Shown here: positions 39,836 to 49,490 of the stretch, one piece after another
How positions within the stretch are numbered: position 1 is the stretch's first letter
How the letters are laid out: each line of letters starts with the position of its first letter
Source: Candidatus Poribacteria bacterium
GTDB taxonomy: Bacteria; Poribacteria; WGA-4E; WGA-3G
Direction: 5' to 3'
Assembly: GCA_965242965.1 (NCBI GenBank)
Contig: OZ251518.1
Location: forward strand, 2,272,001 to 2,336,000
Length of the DNA stretch: 64,000 nucleotides
Program-made: the position numbers and the translations under genes
The notes under the pieces: model-generated
The model's input: the letters and a program-made list of their open reading frames with translations, nothing else
What the model was told of the DNA's origin: nothing
Database searches by the model: none

Positions 39836-42800
39836 TTAGGTAATGATGAGCCACGTGATGAGCTCAAACGCCGTTGTTTCCTGAATTTGGGTCTCGGCAG
39901 CCGGCAGCAGAAAATCGGCACTACGCTCAAGCTTGTCATTGACATGCCGGTTGTATTCGCCGCTGATGGCGTTGACACATGTTTGGATAAGCGCATCGTA
40001 GTGCTCCATGTCCTCGCCGTTGCGCGTCGTTTCGTTAAACCAGTGACAGAGTTCTTGATTCGGGCCCTCTTTCCCGATGCAGAGCGCGCTGAAGAACGCC
40101 AGAATCTGCTTTGGATTTGCGAAACCGATAGACACCTCGCCTGCCTTAGTGACATGAACGAGATAGTAAGGATGAATCGGGTTGAGTTTCTCGTTTTCCT
40201 TCGCCGTATCAGTCTGCCGCAGACAGAAGATAACCCCCGGTTCAATAGCCACGGGACTTCCATCGTGCGTTTGCGGTGCGGTGACGGCATATAAACCGAG
40301 TGGTGCGTCTCGGAGTTGCGCCTCATGTTCGCGGAAATAGTTGAGGAGTTGCGCCCGGAAGTCGTCCAACGTGAATTGATTGAGATTCAGGTTCTCCTCA
40401 ACATCCTCCATGTCAAGAATTTCGGTTTGCATGCGCTTGAGTTGTGCTTCGCGATAGGTAAGTTCGCCTTCGGCGATGCCAGGGTTTTGAGACGCGATGA
40501 GGTTATCGTCGCCGGTGCCGGCGAGATTGACAAGCACCATCCTCGCCTCAACACGCGATTTGAGGTTAATGTAGTCGTCCAATTCGGCTGTCGGCCAGAA
40601 ATTGACGAGTTGCACCTTATCGTTCAGGCTGCCGATTCTGTCAATGCGGCCGAAACGTTGAATAATGCGGACAGGATTCCAATGGATGTCGTAATTGACG
40701 AGGTAATCGCAATCCTGCAGATTTTGGCCCTCGGAGATACAATCGGTGGCGATGAGGAGTTCAATTTCCGGTTCCTGCGTATCGGCGCGCTCCCTAGATA
40801 TCGGCGAGAAATTCGTCAGAATGTCGTTGAACTCATTCCTCCCAAACGTGGCTTTGCTGCCGCTGCCGGTGACAACGGCACACTGAATGTTAAGTTGTTC
40901 GGTAGCCCATGCGTGGAGCGCATCGTAGAGGTAGTTGGCAGTATCGGCAAAAGCGGTGAAGACGAGCACTTTACTGTTGCGCTTCCCCTCTCTGTTCGTC
41001 GTAGGTTCTCGCACTTTCGCCTTGATGAGCCGCTTGAGCTCCGCTAACTTTGCATCTCTGTCCGCCGTAATTTGAACTGCGGCTTTATGCACGCCGGAAA
41101 GGGCAGCCTTATCTTCACGAAGATCTTGTAGCCACCCCCGCAAATCCAAGTGCTCATAACGATAGACGTGATTTCTGCCAGTCTGTATGAAGGCATCCAA
41201 CTCTTCGTCATTCTCCACCTCTTCTGCGCCAAGTTCTGATGGGCCGATAACATCTTCGCCGGTTTCCATTTGCCCGCCATGCAAGCGCGCGAGGATGTCA
41301 GTTTCAATGCCTTCAATTTTTTCCAGCGTGCGCGCCAATGTCTGGACGAAAGAGTAAACGCTACTCTCCAACCGTTTGAGGAAGTTCACCTTCATCATGC
41401 CGATGAGGTTGAATTCACGCTGCCGGATGCGTCCATCCGTATAATGGCGCAGGCATTCGGTGCGGATGTAACCCGATGGATTGAAAAGCGAGAGTTTATA
41501 GCCATCAATCTGGTTGCTAATGATAGCGTAGGCAGGGAACTTCCCGTGCAAATCTATGTCGGGATAAATCGATTGCGGTTTTGCGCGTTCAGGAAACCCG
41601 CCGATTTGCGCCATTGAATCGCTGTAGAAACTCTCAATATGCCGCCGCGAGCGCGCAATAGTGAGGGTGTCAAGCAGTTTCAAGAAGTCTGCGCCTAAGG
41701 TTTGCAATAAACCGCTTCCATGCTTGTCTACCGGCTGCAATCCTGCTGGTTCAGCCGTGCGCCGCGTCCGATAAACATGCGTTTCATCTTCGCCGCGCGA
41801 GGATGCCCACTCCTCAAATTGGCTTTGGGCATCTCGCAGCGTGCCGCGCAGACTCGGAATATCAATGGCACTGAAAGCGTCGTCTTTGTCCGCCGTGATG
41901 AGACAGATTTGATTCTGGAGTTCTAGCAGGCTATTGTTCACCGGGGTAGCCGAGAGCATCAACACCTGCGTTTTGCCGCCGCTCTGGATGATGTCCTCCA
42001 TGAGTTTATTATACCGGCTCTTCCGTTTGTCGGTACCGGCGGGCCGGTTTCGGAAGTGATGCGATTCGTCAATCACGACAAAATCGTAGGTATTCCAATC
42101 AAACTCTGCCAAGTCAATATGGCCCGACATTCCCCTCTCACGACTCAAGTCTGTGTGAGCGAGGACGGTGTAATGGAAGCCATCATTTTTTAACGGGTTG
42201 TGCCTATTGTTGAATTGCCACGGATACAGCGTCCAATTCTGCTCTAGTTTTTTTGGACACAGCACGAGCACGCGGGCTTCCTGCAACTCAAAATATTTGA
42301 TAATGGCGAGTGCCTCGTAGGTTTTGCCTAACCCGACGCTATCGGCGATGATACAGCCGTTATAGTCCCGAATTTTCTGGAGACACGCCAGCACCCCATC
42401 GCGTTGGAAGGGATAGAGTTTCTCCCAAATTTGGGTATCGCGAAGCCGCGTCTGCGCAGGGGTATCCTCACCTGTCGTCCTCTCCGACAAAAAGCGTTCA
42501 AAGACATGGTAGAGCGTCTTGAAGTAGATGAACTCGGGTGCCTTGTCGGTGTAGGCATTTTCAAGGTGCCGCAGCACCTCGGTTTTGACATCTTCAACCT
42601 GGTCTGACTCCCAGAGGTGATCAAACCACATTTTCAGGTCGCGGCAGTCATCTTTGCTGTCAACCTCAAGGTTGAGTTCAATGTTGCTGGCGTTCTCGCT
42701 TAATCCGAGCCCGCGCACCGTGAAGTTAGAGCTGCCGATGAGCGCGTCGTTTTCGGCACCGTTGTCAATGTAATACATTTTGCCGTGCAGAAAATTAGCG

Positions 42801-43144
42801 CGGCGCACCGAACGAATCTCCACTTTCTCCTGAATCCAGTCGGCGCACGCTTTCGCGATATCTTTCTGCAGCAAGTAGTTGTGAAGTTCCAACCCGGCTT
42901 CTGTCAGCAGGAACGCTTTACTCTCCTGCATTTCCAAATCTATCCCGGCGATAAAACTGGGTTCGCCGAACAGAAAACGGAGCTCTTTGATACCGGTGAG
43001 CGATGCCTTAAGTTTATCAAAGGCGTAAATCGTAAAATAGGCAGAGACGATGGAGAGCGCGGAGCCATCTTCGATCTTCTCTTCCAAAAATTGCGCGACG
43101 GTGCCGAAGAGTCTGTTATCGCGGATGTGTGATTGACACTTCAT
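39836..43144 (-). CDS. PLD-nuclease + SNF2-family helicase
   Basis: FLHGKMY...IGSSNFT (HxK PLD); ADSVGLGKT; IDESHHFRN; LSATP; SEGQNLQ; WNPVRIIQRFGRIDRIG. Confidence 0.9.
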   Translation of the reverse strand: MKCQSHIRDNRLFGTVAQFLEEKIEDGSALSIVSAYFTIYAFDKLKASLTGIKELRFLFGEPSFIAGIDLEMQESKAFLLTEAGLELHNYLLQKDIAKACADWIQEKVEIRSVRRANFLHGKMYYIDNGAENDALIGSSNFTVRGLGLSENASNIELNLEVDSKDDCRDLKMWFDHLWESDQVEDVKTEVLRHLENAYTDKAPEFIYFKTLYHVFERFLSERTTGEDTPAQTRLRDTQIWEKLYPFQRDGVLACLQKIRDYNGCIIADSVGLGKTYEALAIIKYFELQEARVLVLCPKKLEQNWTLYPWQFNNRHNPLKNDGFHYTVLAHTDLSRERGMSGHIDLAEFDWNTYDFVVIDESHHFRNRPAGTDKRKSRYNKLMEDIIQSGGKTQVLMLSATPVNNSLLELQNQICLITADKDDAFSAIDIPSLRGTLRDAQSQFEEWASSRGEDETHVYRTRRTAEPAGLQPVDKHGSGLLQTLGADFLKLLDTLTIARSRRHIESFYSDSMAQIGGFPERAKPQSIYPDIDLHGKFPAYAIISNQIDGYKLSLFNPSGYIRTECLRHYTDGRIRQREFNLIGMMKVNFLKRLESSVYSFVQTLARTLEKIEGIETDILARLHGGQMETGEDVIGPSELGAEEVENDEELDAFIQTGRNHVYRYEHLDLRGWLQDLREDKAALSGVHKAAVQITADRDAKLAELKRLIKAKVREPTTNREGKRNSKVLVFTAFADTANYLYDALHAWATEQLNIQCAVVTGSGSKATFGRNEFNDILTNFSPISRERADTQEPEIELLIATDCISEGQNLQDCDYLVNYDIHWNPVRIIQRFGRIDRIGSLNDKVQLVNFWPTAELDDYINLKSRVEARMVLVNLAGTGDDNLIASQNPGIAEGELTYREAQLKRMQTEILDMEDVEENLNLNQFTLDDFRAQLLNYFREHEAQLRDAPLGLYAVTAPQTHDGSPVAIEPGVIFCLRQTDTAKENEKLNPIHPYYLVHVTKAGEVSIGFANPKQILAFFSALCIGKEGPNQELCHWFNETTRNGEDMEHYDALIQTCVNAISGEYNRHVNDKLERSADFLLPAAETQIQETTAFELITWLIIT

Positions 43145-43174
43145 GATGCCCGGTCCTTTTCTTATTTGGAAAAA

Positions 43175-43203
43175 AGTATAGCATTTTCTATTGAATTTGT
43201 CAA
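43175..43203 (-). promoter_or_regulatory. sigma70 promoter of the helicase-MTase unit
   Basis: TTGACA-17-TATACT on the minus strand. Confidence 0.65.
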
Positions 43204-43223
43204 GACAAAAACGGAGTAGGATT

Positions 43224-43396
43224 GAGCAGGATTATCACGATTTCCATGATTTCACAGGATTAGGTCGCTGGGGCACCGGACACCGTTTTGGCAGCCCCCC
43301 GCGGTCTCGGTGCATCAGAAACCTAGCATCTTGCTAATCTTGCTCAATCTTGTAAATCCTGCTCCTATCTTGTAAAATCCTGCTCAAATCCTGCTC
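43224..43396. repeat. Inverted, diverged copy of the 39632-39770 hairpin element plus extra AATCCTGCTC units
   Basis: GAGCAGGATTATCACGATT... is the reverse complement of the 39770 end; AATCCTGCTC at 43355-43364. Confidence 0.7.
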
Positions 43397-44798
43397 AAAT
43401 CTCCGCGCGCACGAAGGCGAGATATGCCCCCGACATCAACACGATGAAAAACAGCACCAACAACAGCAAATCCATCACCGCCGCGTCAAAATCGCGAATG
43501 AGGCTGAATGCGTCTTCAAACTTCGGAATCGCTTCCATTAGGCACGCTTTCTGAGACATGCCTTCGCGCACGCCGATGGCATGCCGACTCTTCACATCAC
43601 CCTGGTCTTCGTCAATGACGAATTCCCGAAACTGTCGGGCATACGGCTTAACGTTCTGCAAGAATTGGCGGTGCCTCTCAAATCCGGTGCCGGCGAACAC
43701 TTCAAACAAACGCTGCACCGTTGCGGCAGGAGAGATGCGGGTGATGCTTCGCGCCTCGTGAATCTGTGCAAGCTGCTGCGTTAAGCGTTCCTCGTTCAAG
43801 CGTTCATGTAGCCGTGCCTCTTCAATGACGTATTCGGAGAGTTCGCGTATCCGCTTTTCGGGTTTATTCTTGTCATAAGTGGCGTATTTCTTCCACAGAT
43901 TATTCCCAATCTCGTCCGCGCGTTTCCGATATTCATCGGCGGACATCGGCGATGAAAACCCGCTTGCAATAGAAGCAAGGGTGCTCGGCATAAACACGAC
44001 AAAGGTTACCCACGTCAATAAGAGGATGACGAGACTCACGGCACTACGCTGCACGCGGGCGGAAACCAACAACCCTAATGCCAAGAAAATGCACAGATAG
44101 AGAAGCGCGATACAAAAGATGATGCCTAACCTGCCCCATGCATCGGCATCGAGATGGACACTGCGCGACATGGAAATTACCAAGAGGTTCATCAAAACGG
44201 CGATAGTGAACGGAATGAGGATACTGACGAACGCGCCGATAAACTTGCCGAATAACACGGCGTGGCGCGGAATCGGATTTGCCAGCATCAGGCGCAGCGT
44301 GCCGCTTTCGCGTTCCCCGGCGATAGCATCAAACGTGAATAGCAGTCCGATCAGACTCAGCACATAACCAACGATGAACCCCCAATCCACCTTTGTCACA
44401 TCGGGCTCAATGTTATCAAGATTAGGGGTGACAGATGGATATTTGAGTCTCCAGATGGCATGCAGCCCATCTCCCCAACTCCAATCGCCGCTCCCTCCGT
44501 CGACAACGTTCGGTAAAAATGCGTCGCCGCCATCTGCACAGAAATGGAGCGACGAGGGATTTTTGTAAAGTTTGCCGGGGCCTCTTTTGACGAGTTCGTA
44601 TAAGTTGTTTGCGCGTTCTCTCAACACGTTCCGCGATTTGGCAACTGCATCGTGATATTTCTGCATCCGCTTGGGATGTTCGTGGAGATGCACCGCGGCG
44701 TTGGTGAGCATCAGCGCGAGTAGCAGGATGGTGGTTAAACCGAATCGGAGGCTATTGAGATTTGCGTAAAGTTCGCGTTTCGCGATATGCCATATCAT
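43395..44798 (-). CDS. ABC-2 type transporter permease subunit
   Basis: MIWHIAKREL, FDAIAGERESGTLRLMLANPIPR..VLFGKF; the ORF-track N-terminal extension is REP-derived. Confidence 0.85.
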   Translation of the reverse strand: MIWHIAKRELYANLNSLRFGLTTILLLALMLTNAAVHLHEHPKRMQKYHDAVAKSRNVLRERANNLYELVKRGPGKLYKNPSSLHFCADGGDAFLPNVVDGGSGDWSWGDGLHAIWRLKYPSVTPNLDNIEPDVTKVDWGFIVGYVLSLIGLLFTFDAIAGERESGTLRLMLANPIPRHAVLFGKFIGAFVSILIPFTIAVLMNLLVISMSRSVHLDADAWGRLGIIFCIALLYLCIFLALGLLVSARVQRSAVSLVILLLTWVTFVVFMPSTLASIASGFSSPMSADEYRKRADEIGNNLWKKYATYDKNKPEKRIRELSEYVIEEARLHERLNEERLTQQLAQIHEARSITRISPAATVQRLFEVFAGTGFERHRQFLQNVKPYARQFREFVIDEDQGDVKSRHAIGVREGMSQKACLMEAIPKFEDAFSLIRDFDAAVMDLLLLVLFFIVLMSGAYLAFVRAEI

Positions 44799-44817
44799 TT
44801 TTTTCGTTTTTTCGTTG

Positions 44818-45148
44818 GTAGGCGGGACATCCTTGTCCCGATAATTGCATCGAGACCAGGAGGGCTCTCCTACTGCATCCTCTGGGTAGGAGGGACATCC
44901 TTGTCCCGATAGGCGTTCGGGTAGGAGGGACATCCTTGTCCCGATAGGCGTTCGGGTAGGAGGGACATCCTTGTCCCGATAGAGGTATTGCATTGAGACC
45001 GGGAGGGCTCTCCTACTGCATCCTCTGGGTAGGAGGGACATCCTTGTCCCGATAGGCGTTCGGGTAGGCGGGACATCCTTGTCCCGATAATTGCATCGGG
45101 ACCGGGAGGGCTCTCCTACCGACGTTGAGCGAGTTATGAAACACCCTC
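44818..45148. repeat. Tandem REP array (six GTAGG(A/C)GGGACATCCTTGTCCCGAT and three GACC.GGAGGGCTCTCCTAC units) ending in an orphan right TIR
   Basis: Units at 44818, 44886, 44921, 44956, 45029 and 45064; TTATGAAACACCCTC ends at 45148. Confidence 0.85.
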
Positions 45149-45149
45149 A

Positions 45150-46658
45150 TTACACTTCACTTCGCACAAAAATCAGGAATGTCATCATAAACAAGACAAG
45201 GCTCGTCAGCAGCAAGAGCAGCACATCCGGCAACGCGCGCTTGGCATTTATCTCAATACCTCTCCGTTCAAAAGAGAACTGCGGCAGCGTGCTCCAATCC
45301 GCCTTGTCTTTGTCGGACAGGAACCATTCCCGCGCGCCGAACGCGTCTTTATCGTCATACCAGTTCAGCACCGTTTTCCGATATTGGCGCGCCGCGTCAA
45401 AAAAGTCGCGGATGCCGAGGAGCCCGGTGCCAGCCCAGGCTTGCGTTGCGGCATCATAACAACCGACAGGCGAGAGTTTCAGCAAAGTCCGCTTAAAATT
45501 CGCCTGCTGAACAAGCGTGTCTACCAACGCATCTTTCCGAATGAGCCACGCCCGTTCCGCCGTCTGAATCGTCAATGGCATGAGGAACCGGTGATAATGT
45601 TGGACGTGCGGCACAGCGGGTTGGTATTCTTCATCAATTTCTTTAAAGGCAAGCATTCTGGCATAAAGATAGATGAGCGTCTTCAAATCTGCAGGGTAAT
45701 CTTCATAAGCATACCCCCAATACCCATCAATATTAAACCGGTAGTCTTCCCCCGGAAAGGCATCCGCGGCTAGGAAGCGTTTCCTCTCCCGGTCAAACTC
45801 CTCCCAAACTTGTTTAATCTGGTTGAACGCAGAAACCGCACGTTCTTGCGGGACATCCGATGTCCTGATAGTCGCGAGGACTATGTTCGGATAGACGAGG
45901 ACGAGAAACCCCCAGACGAACATGGCGAGCATTAACGCCGTGCTGGTTCGATGTGTCACCGCCGAGATAAGCAATCCGATGAGATAGAATACCGACAAAT
46001 ATGCAATTGAAGCGAGGATTATCCCACCGATGCGCAGAAAATCGTCGGAACGCAACGAAATAGAAGCGGATGTCGTCAGCAAAATCAGCGCGAAGAGGAG
46101 GCTGATGACTAACGGGATAAGCAGACACGTCATCGCGCTAACGTATTTGGCGAGGAGAATGTGCGCACGGCTGAGCGGGTTCGTCAGCACGAGGCGCAGG
46201 GTGCCGCGTTCGCGTTCGCCTGCGAGTGCGTCATAGGCGAACATGAGTGCCATCAGGCTGAAGACTACCTCAAAAATAAAAACCAAGTCAATTGAGGAGA
46301 AAAGATTGAGGAACGGATTCTCGGAGCCGTTCATGCGTGCTTCCCACAGCGTCGGCACAATGTTATGCGCAATCCAGATTTCGTTGCCCAACCGTTTATC
46401 CAATCCGACGTTGAAGATGCTCAACGGATTCGGCGGCCGGTCAAGTTCCATTTCTCCCTCTGCATATATTGTTATTTCACGCAGTTCTTGCCGATGCGTT
46501 TTGACAGCGGTGTTGTAATCCGCCAATCGCCGTTCGTAATCCTTGATAAGCACCGCCGTGTTGGCGACGACTAACAATAACGTGCCAAGCAGTGCGGCGG
46601 CGAAGCGGAACGTCATCAGGTTGTCAAGCAGTTCGCGGCGGAGGAGTGTTGTGAACAT
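45150..46658 (-). CDS. ABC-2 type transporter permease subunit (paralog)
   Basis: MFTTLLRREL, YDALAGERERGTLRLVLTNPLSR..ILLAKY. Confidence 0.85.
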   Translation of the reverse strand: MFTTLLRRELLDNLMTFRFAAALLGTLLLVVANTAVLIKDYERRLADYNTAVKTHRQELREITIYAEGEMELDRPPNPLSIFNVGLDKRLGNEIWIAHNIVPTLWEARMNGSENPFLNLFSSIDLVFIFEVVFSLMALMFAYDALAGERERGTLRLVLTNPLSRAHILLAKYVSAMTCLLIPLVISLLFALILLTTSASISLRSDDFLRIGGIILASIAYLSVFYLIGLLISAVTHRTSTALMLAMFVWGFLVLVYPNIVLATIRTSDVPQERAVSAFNQIKQVWEEFDRERKRFLAADAFPGEDYRFNIDGYWGYAYEDYPADLKTLIYLYARMLAFKEIDEEYQPAVPHVQHYHRFLMPLTIQTAERAWLIRKDALVDTLVQQANFKRTLLKLSPVGCYDAATQAWAGTGLLGIRDFFDAARQYRKTVLNWYDDKDAFGAREWFLSDKDKADWSTLPQFSFERRGIEINAKRALPDVLLLLLTSLVLFMMTFLIFVRSEV

Positions 46659-46689
46659 CGGTTTTCCTTGTTGTCTGTAGGATATATAT

Positions 46690-46981
46690 GACGGTGCTTC
46701 AGAACTCGTTTTCCCCAGTAGGAGAGACCTCCCGGTCTCGATGTTCCCGTAGCGCGGGGGCCCTCGGATGCCACACGCGCATCCGAGCGGGTTTCCCCCG
46801 CGAGGGCTCAAGAACCGTTTTTTTATCGTAGCGCGGGGGACAGGCCCCCGCGATCATTGGAATGCGCGTGCATGAACGATGGCGAGGGACAGGCCCTCGC
46901 CCTACGTGAACGGGAGGCGTTTTTTTCACCGCATCGCGGGTGCCTGTCCCCGCGACGTTGAGCAATTTATGAAACACCCTC
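46690..46981. mobile_element. MITE-like REP-cargo element, copy 7 (292 bp)
   Basis: Degenerate left TIR GACGGTGCTTCAGAA, right TIR TTATGAAACACCCTC; flanks ATATATAT / ATATATAG. Confidence 0.75.
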
Positions 46982-47236
46982 ATATATAGAAATCTGTCCT
47001 GATAAGATTCATCGGAGGACTGAATGGTTCTGCTCGCGAGTATAGCATGACGTATCACATTTATCAACCGGAAAAAATTGACTTGCGAAATATCACCGAA
47101 TATGATAAACTACGTTCATGAACCAAAATGAGACTACGCTGTCTAAAATTCTCAGTGGCTCAGTATTCACGCAAATGCCAGAACCGCGCCAACGGTGCTC
47201 GTTCTGCGTAAATTCCAACAAAAAATAGGAGAAAAA

Positions 47237-49477
47237 ATGCGAATCAAATGGACACTCCGCATCATTACCGCAACCCTCTGCCTTTGGGGGCTCGGCTTCA
47301 ACAGTAATGCCGCCGATATTTTCCCGAAGGACCGGGTTGTGGACATCCAAATCACCGTAGCGGAGGAAGATTGGGACAAAATCCGATATCAGTCCCGGAA
47401 CTTTTTCACAGCATTGCACGAAAGTCGGCGATTAAAGCCTCCCGAGCGTCCGTATACCTACGTCGAAGCGAGCGTCACGATTGATGGCGTGACATTTCCG
47501 CGCGTCGGCATCCGCAAAAAAGGATTCCTCGGTTCTCTCAGCGAGACGCGCCCCTCCCTCAAAATCAGGTTGAACCGTGTTGACAAAAATGCCGCATTTG
47601 ATGGGCAGACGCACCTCACGCTGAATAATAATCTGCAGGACATCTCCTTTGTCAGCCAATTCATGGGCTATGCGCTGTTTAACGCCATCGGTTTGCCGGC
47701 ACCGCGGTGCGCCTATGCGAAAGTTACCGTCAACGGCATGAACCTCGGCATCTATTCGCACGTAGAAAGCATCCGTAAGCCGTTCCTCAAACGCGTCTTT
47801 GGGAATGCCGACGGCCCGCTTTACGAAGGCACCGTCGTTGATTTTTACGAGGGATGGGAAAATAGTTTTGAGCACAAACGCGGCGATGACAAACCCGGCA
47901 GAACGAAGATTAAGCAGTTGATTGACGTTCTCTCGGCAAAGGAGATAACTGAAGAAGCCATCGGCGAAATCGTCGATTTAGACGCGTTCTATCGATTCTG
48001 GGCAACCGAAAGCCTGCTCGGTTTTTGGGACGGCTACGCCGGCAACTCGAACAACTTTTTCATCTATCTGCATCCGGATACCGAAAAGTTTCACTTTGTG
48101 CCGTGGGGCGCGGATTCGCTGTTTGTCAAACACAGCAAACTGGAATTCCGGCAAGACAAACGCGCGCCCATCTCCGTCAAAACGCAAGGGCTCATTGCCC
48201 ACAAGTTGTATCAGTTAGAATCCGGCCGTCAACGATACGCTCAGACGATGATGGACATTCTCAACACCCATTGGAATGAAGAAGCGTTGTTGGCAGAGCT
48301 TGACAGCGTCTCGGCACTCATCACGCCACATCTGATTATTGCACAGCGGTACCCTGACAAGGAAGACGAGAGGGGGCGACGCTGGCGAAAAGACAAAAGT
48401 TTCTCCTACAAGGACGCGTTGGAAGAAACACGGCAATTTATCCAGTCCCGGCGCGCCGATATTCTCAAAGAAATTAGTAACGGGATGCCGGTGTGGCGGA
48501 AACGTCCAGACCTGCCTTTTACCCTAGGCGACGATGGCGAATTCAAATTTGATGTCAAGGCACAAATGCCTGAAGATACGCTATGGGGAGCAGCGGTGGC
48601 AGGGAAACTCACCGCGATTGAAGCCGCTCTCGCCGAGGGCATCGATGTGAACGCGCAAGACGATGAACTCGGATTACCGCCTTTAGCATGGGCAGCCTTG
48701 CACGGACAAACCGAAGCGATGCGTCTGCTGATTGAAAAAGGTGCCGATGTCAATGCCAGAAGTGAAGATGGCAACACGCCGCTGCACGGTGCCGCGTTCC
48801 TGGGTCAGGCTGAAGCAGCCAAATTGCTTATTGACAACGGCGCGGACACCACCGCTCGCGACGAAGATGGCGAAACACCCGCGGATGCCTTAAGGGCTGA
48901 CCCGGGAACCACGATGTTTATCGCTGGCATGCTAGGCATCAACCTCAGAGAAGAAGGAAAATTCGCCGCCTTGATAGCCGGCAGAATGGAAGTGGCGAAA
49001 CTGCTCGGCGTTGACGATACCCTTACCGATACCGAGAAAAATGGTGTTTCAGCGGATATCTGGGGAGCCGTAGCCACCGGTAACTTCGCCGCCATTAAAC
49101 GGGCGTTAGCCAACGGTGCCGATGCGAATGCAAAAGAACCCCAAAATGGGACACCTCTTCTCACCTTGGCAGCCCTCATGGGGCACGCCGACATCGCTGA
49201 ATTGCTCATCGAGAACGGGGCCGATGTCAACGCACAGGGAGGAGATGGCGGCACTGCGTTGCACGCAGTTGCGTTCCTCGGCCGCGCCGAATCAGCCAAA
49301 GTCCTGCTCAATCACGGTGCCGATGTCACTATCAGGAATAACGACGGCGCGTCACCGCACGATGTCTTACTCCTTGACTGGAACACGACGCTCTTTGTCG
49401 CGAACCTATTGCAAATCAAGGTAGATAGAGACAAAGTTGAAGCGGGGCGAAAGAAAATCGCGCAGCTCCTCGAATAA
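47237..49477 (+). CDS. Secreted CotH-kinase family protein with C-terminal ankyrin repeats
   Basis: VGIRKKG...RPSLKI, LNN..QD, WDGY...NNF, FVPWGAD; several G.TPLH.AA..G ankyrin repeats; TTGACT-17-TATGAT upstream. Confidence 0.85.
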   Translation: MRIKWTLRIITATLCLWGLGFNSNAADIFPKDRVVDIQITVAEEDWDKIRYQSRNFFTALHESRRLKPPERPYTYVEASVTIDGVTFPRVGIRKKGFLGSLSETRPSLKIRLNRVDKNAAFDGQTHLTLNNNLQDISFVSQFMGYALFNAIGLPAPRCAYAKVTVNGMNLGIYSHVESIRKPFLKRVFGNADGPLYEGTVVDFYEGWENSFEHKRGDDKPGRTKIKQLIDVLSAKEITEEAIGEIVDLDAFYRFWATESLLGFWDGYAGNSNNFFIYLHPDTEKFHFVPWGADSLFVKHSKLEFRQDKRAPISVKTQGLIAHKLYQLESGRQRYAQTMMDILNTHWNEEALLAELDSVSALITPHLIIAQRYPDKEDERGRRWRKDKSFSYKDALEETRQFIQSRRADILKEISNGMPVWRKRPDLPFTLGDDGEFKFDVKAQMPEDTLWGAAVAGKLTAIEAALAEGIDVNAQDDELGLPPLAWAALHGQTEAMRLLIEKGADVNARSEDGNTPLHGAAFLGQAEAAKLLIDNGADTTARDEDGETPADALRADPGTTMFIAGMLGINLREEGKFAALIAGRMEVAKLLGVDDTLTDTEKNGVSADIWGAVATGNFAAIKRALANGADANAKEPQNGTPLLTLAALMGHADIAELLIENGADVNAQGGDGGTALHAVAFLGRAESAKVLLNHGADVTIRNNDGASPHDVLLLDWNTTLFVANLLQIKVDRDKVEAGRKKIAQLLE

Positions 49478-49490
49478 AGGTTTAACACTT

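Noticed and set aside
31490-43400. Integron cassette array (co-oriented genes separated by hairpins)
   Set aside because: No integron integrase, no consistent RYYYAAC/GTTRRRY boxes recognised, and the genes have their own promoters
44818-45120. Regularly spaced ~25-bp palindromic repeats resembling a CRISPR array
   Set aside because: Spacers are about 10 nt and identical or are themselves repeats; no cas genes; the unit is a dispersed GTAG REP
29850-46811. Long N-terminal extensions in the ORF track for the SDR (30047), permeases (45041, 46811) and MTase (39646)
   Set aside because: Extensions run through repeats; downstream starts fit family N-termini better
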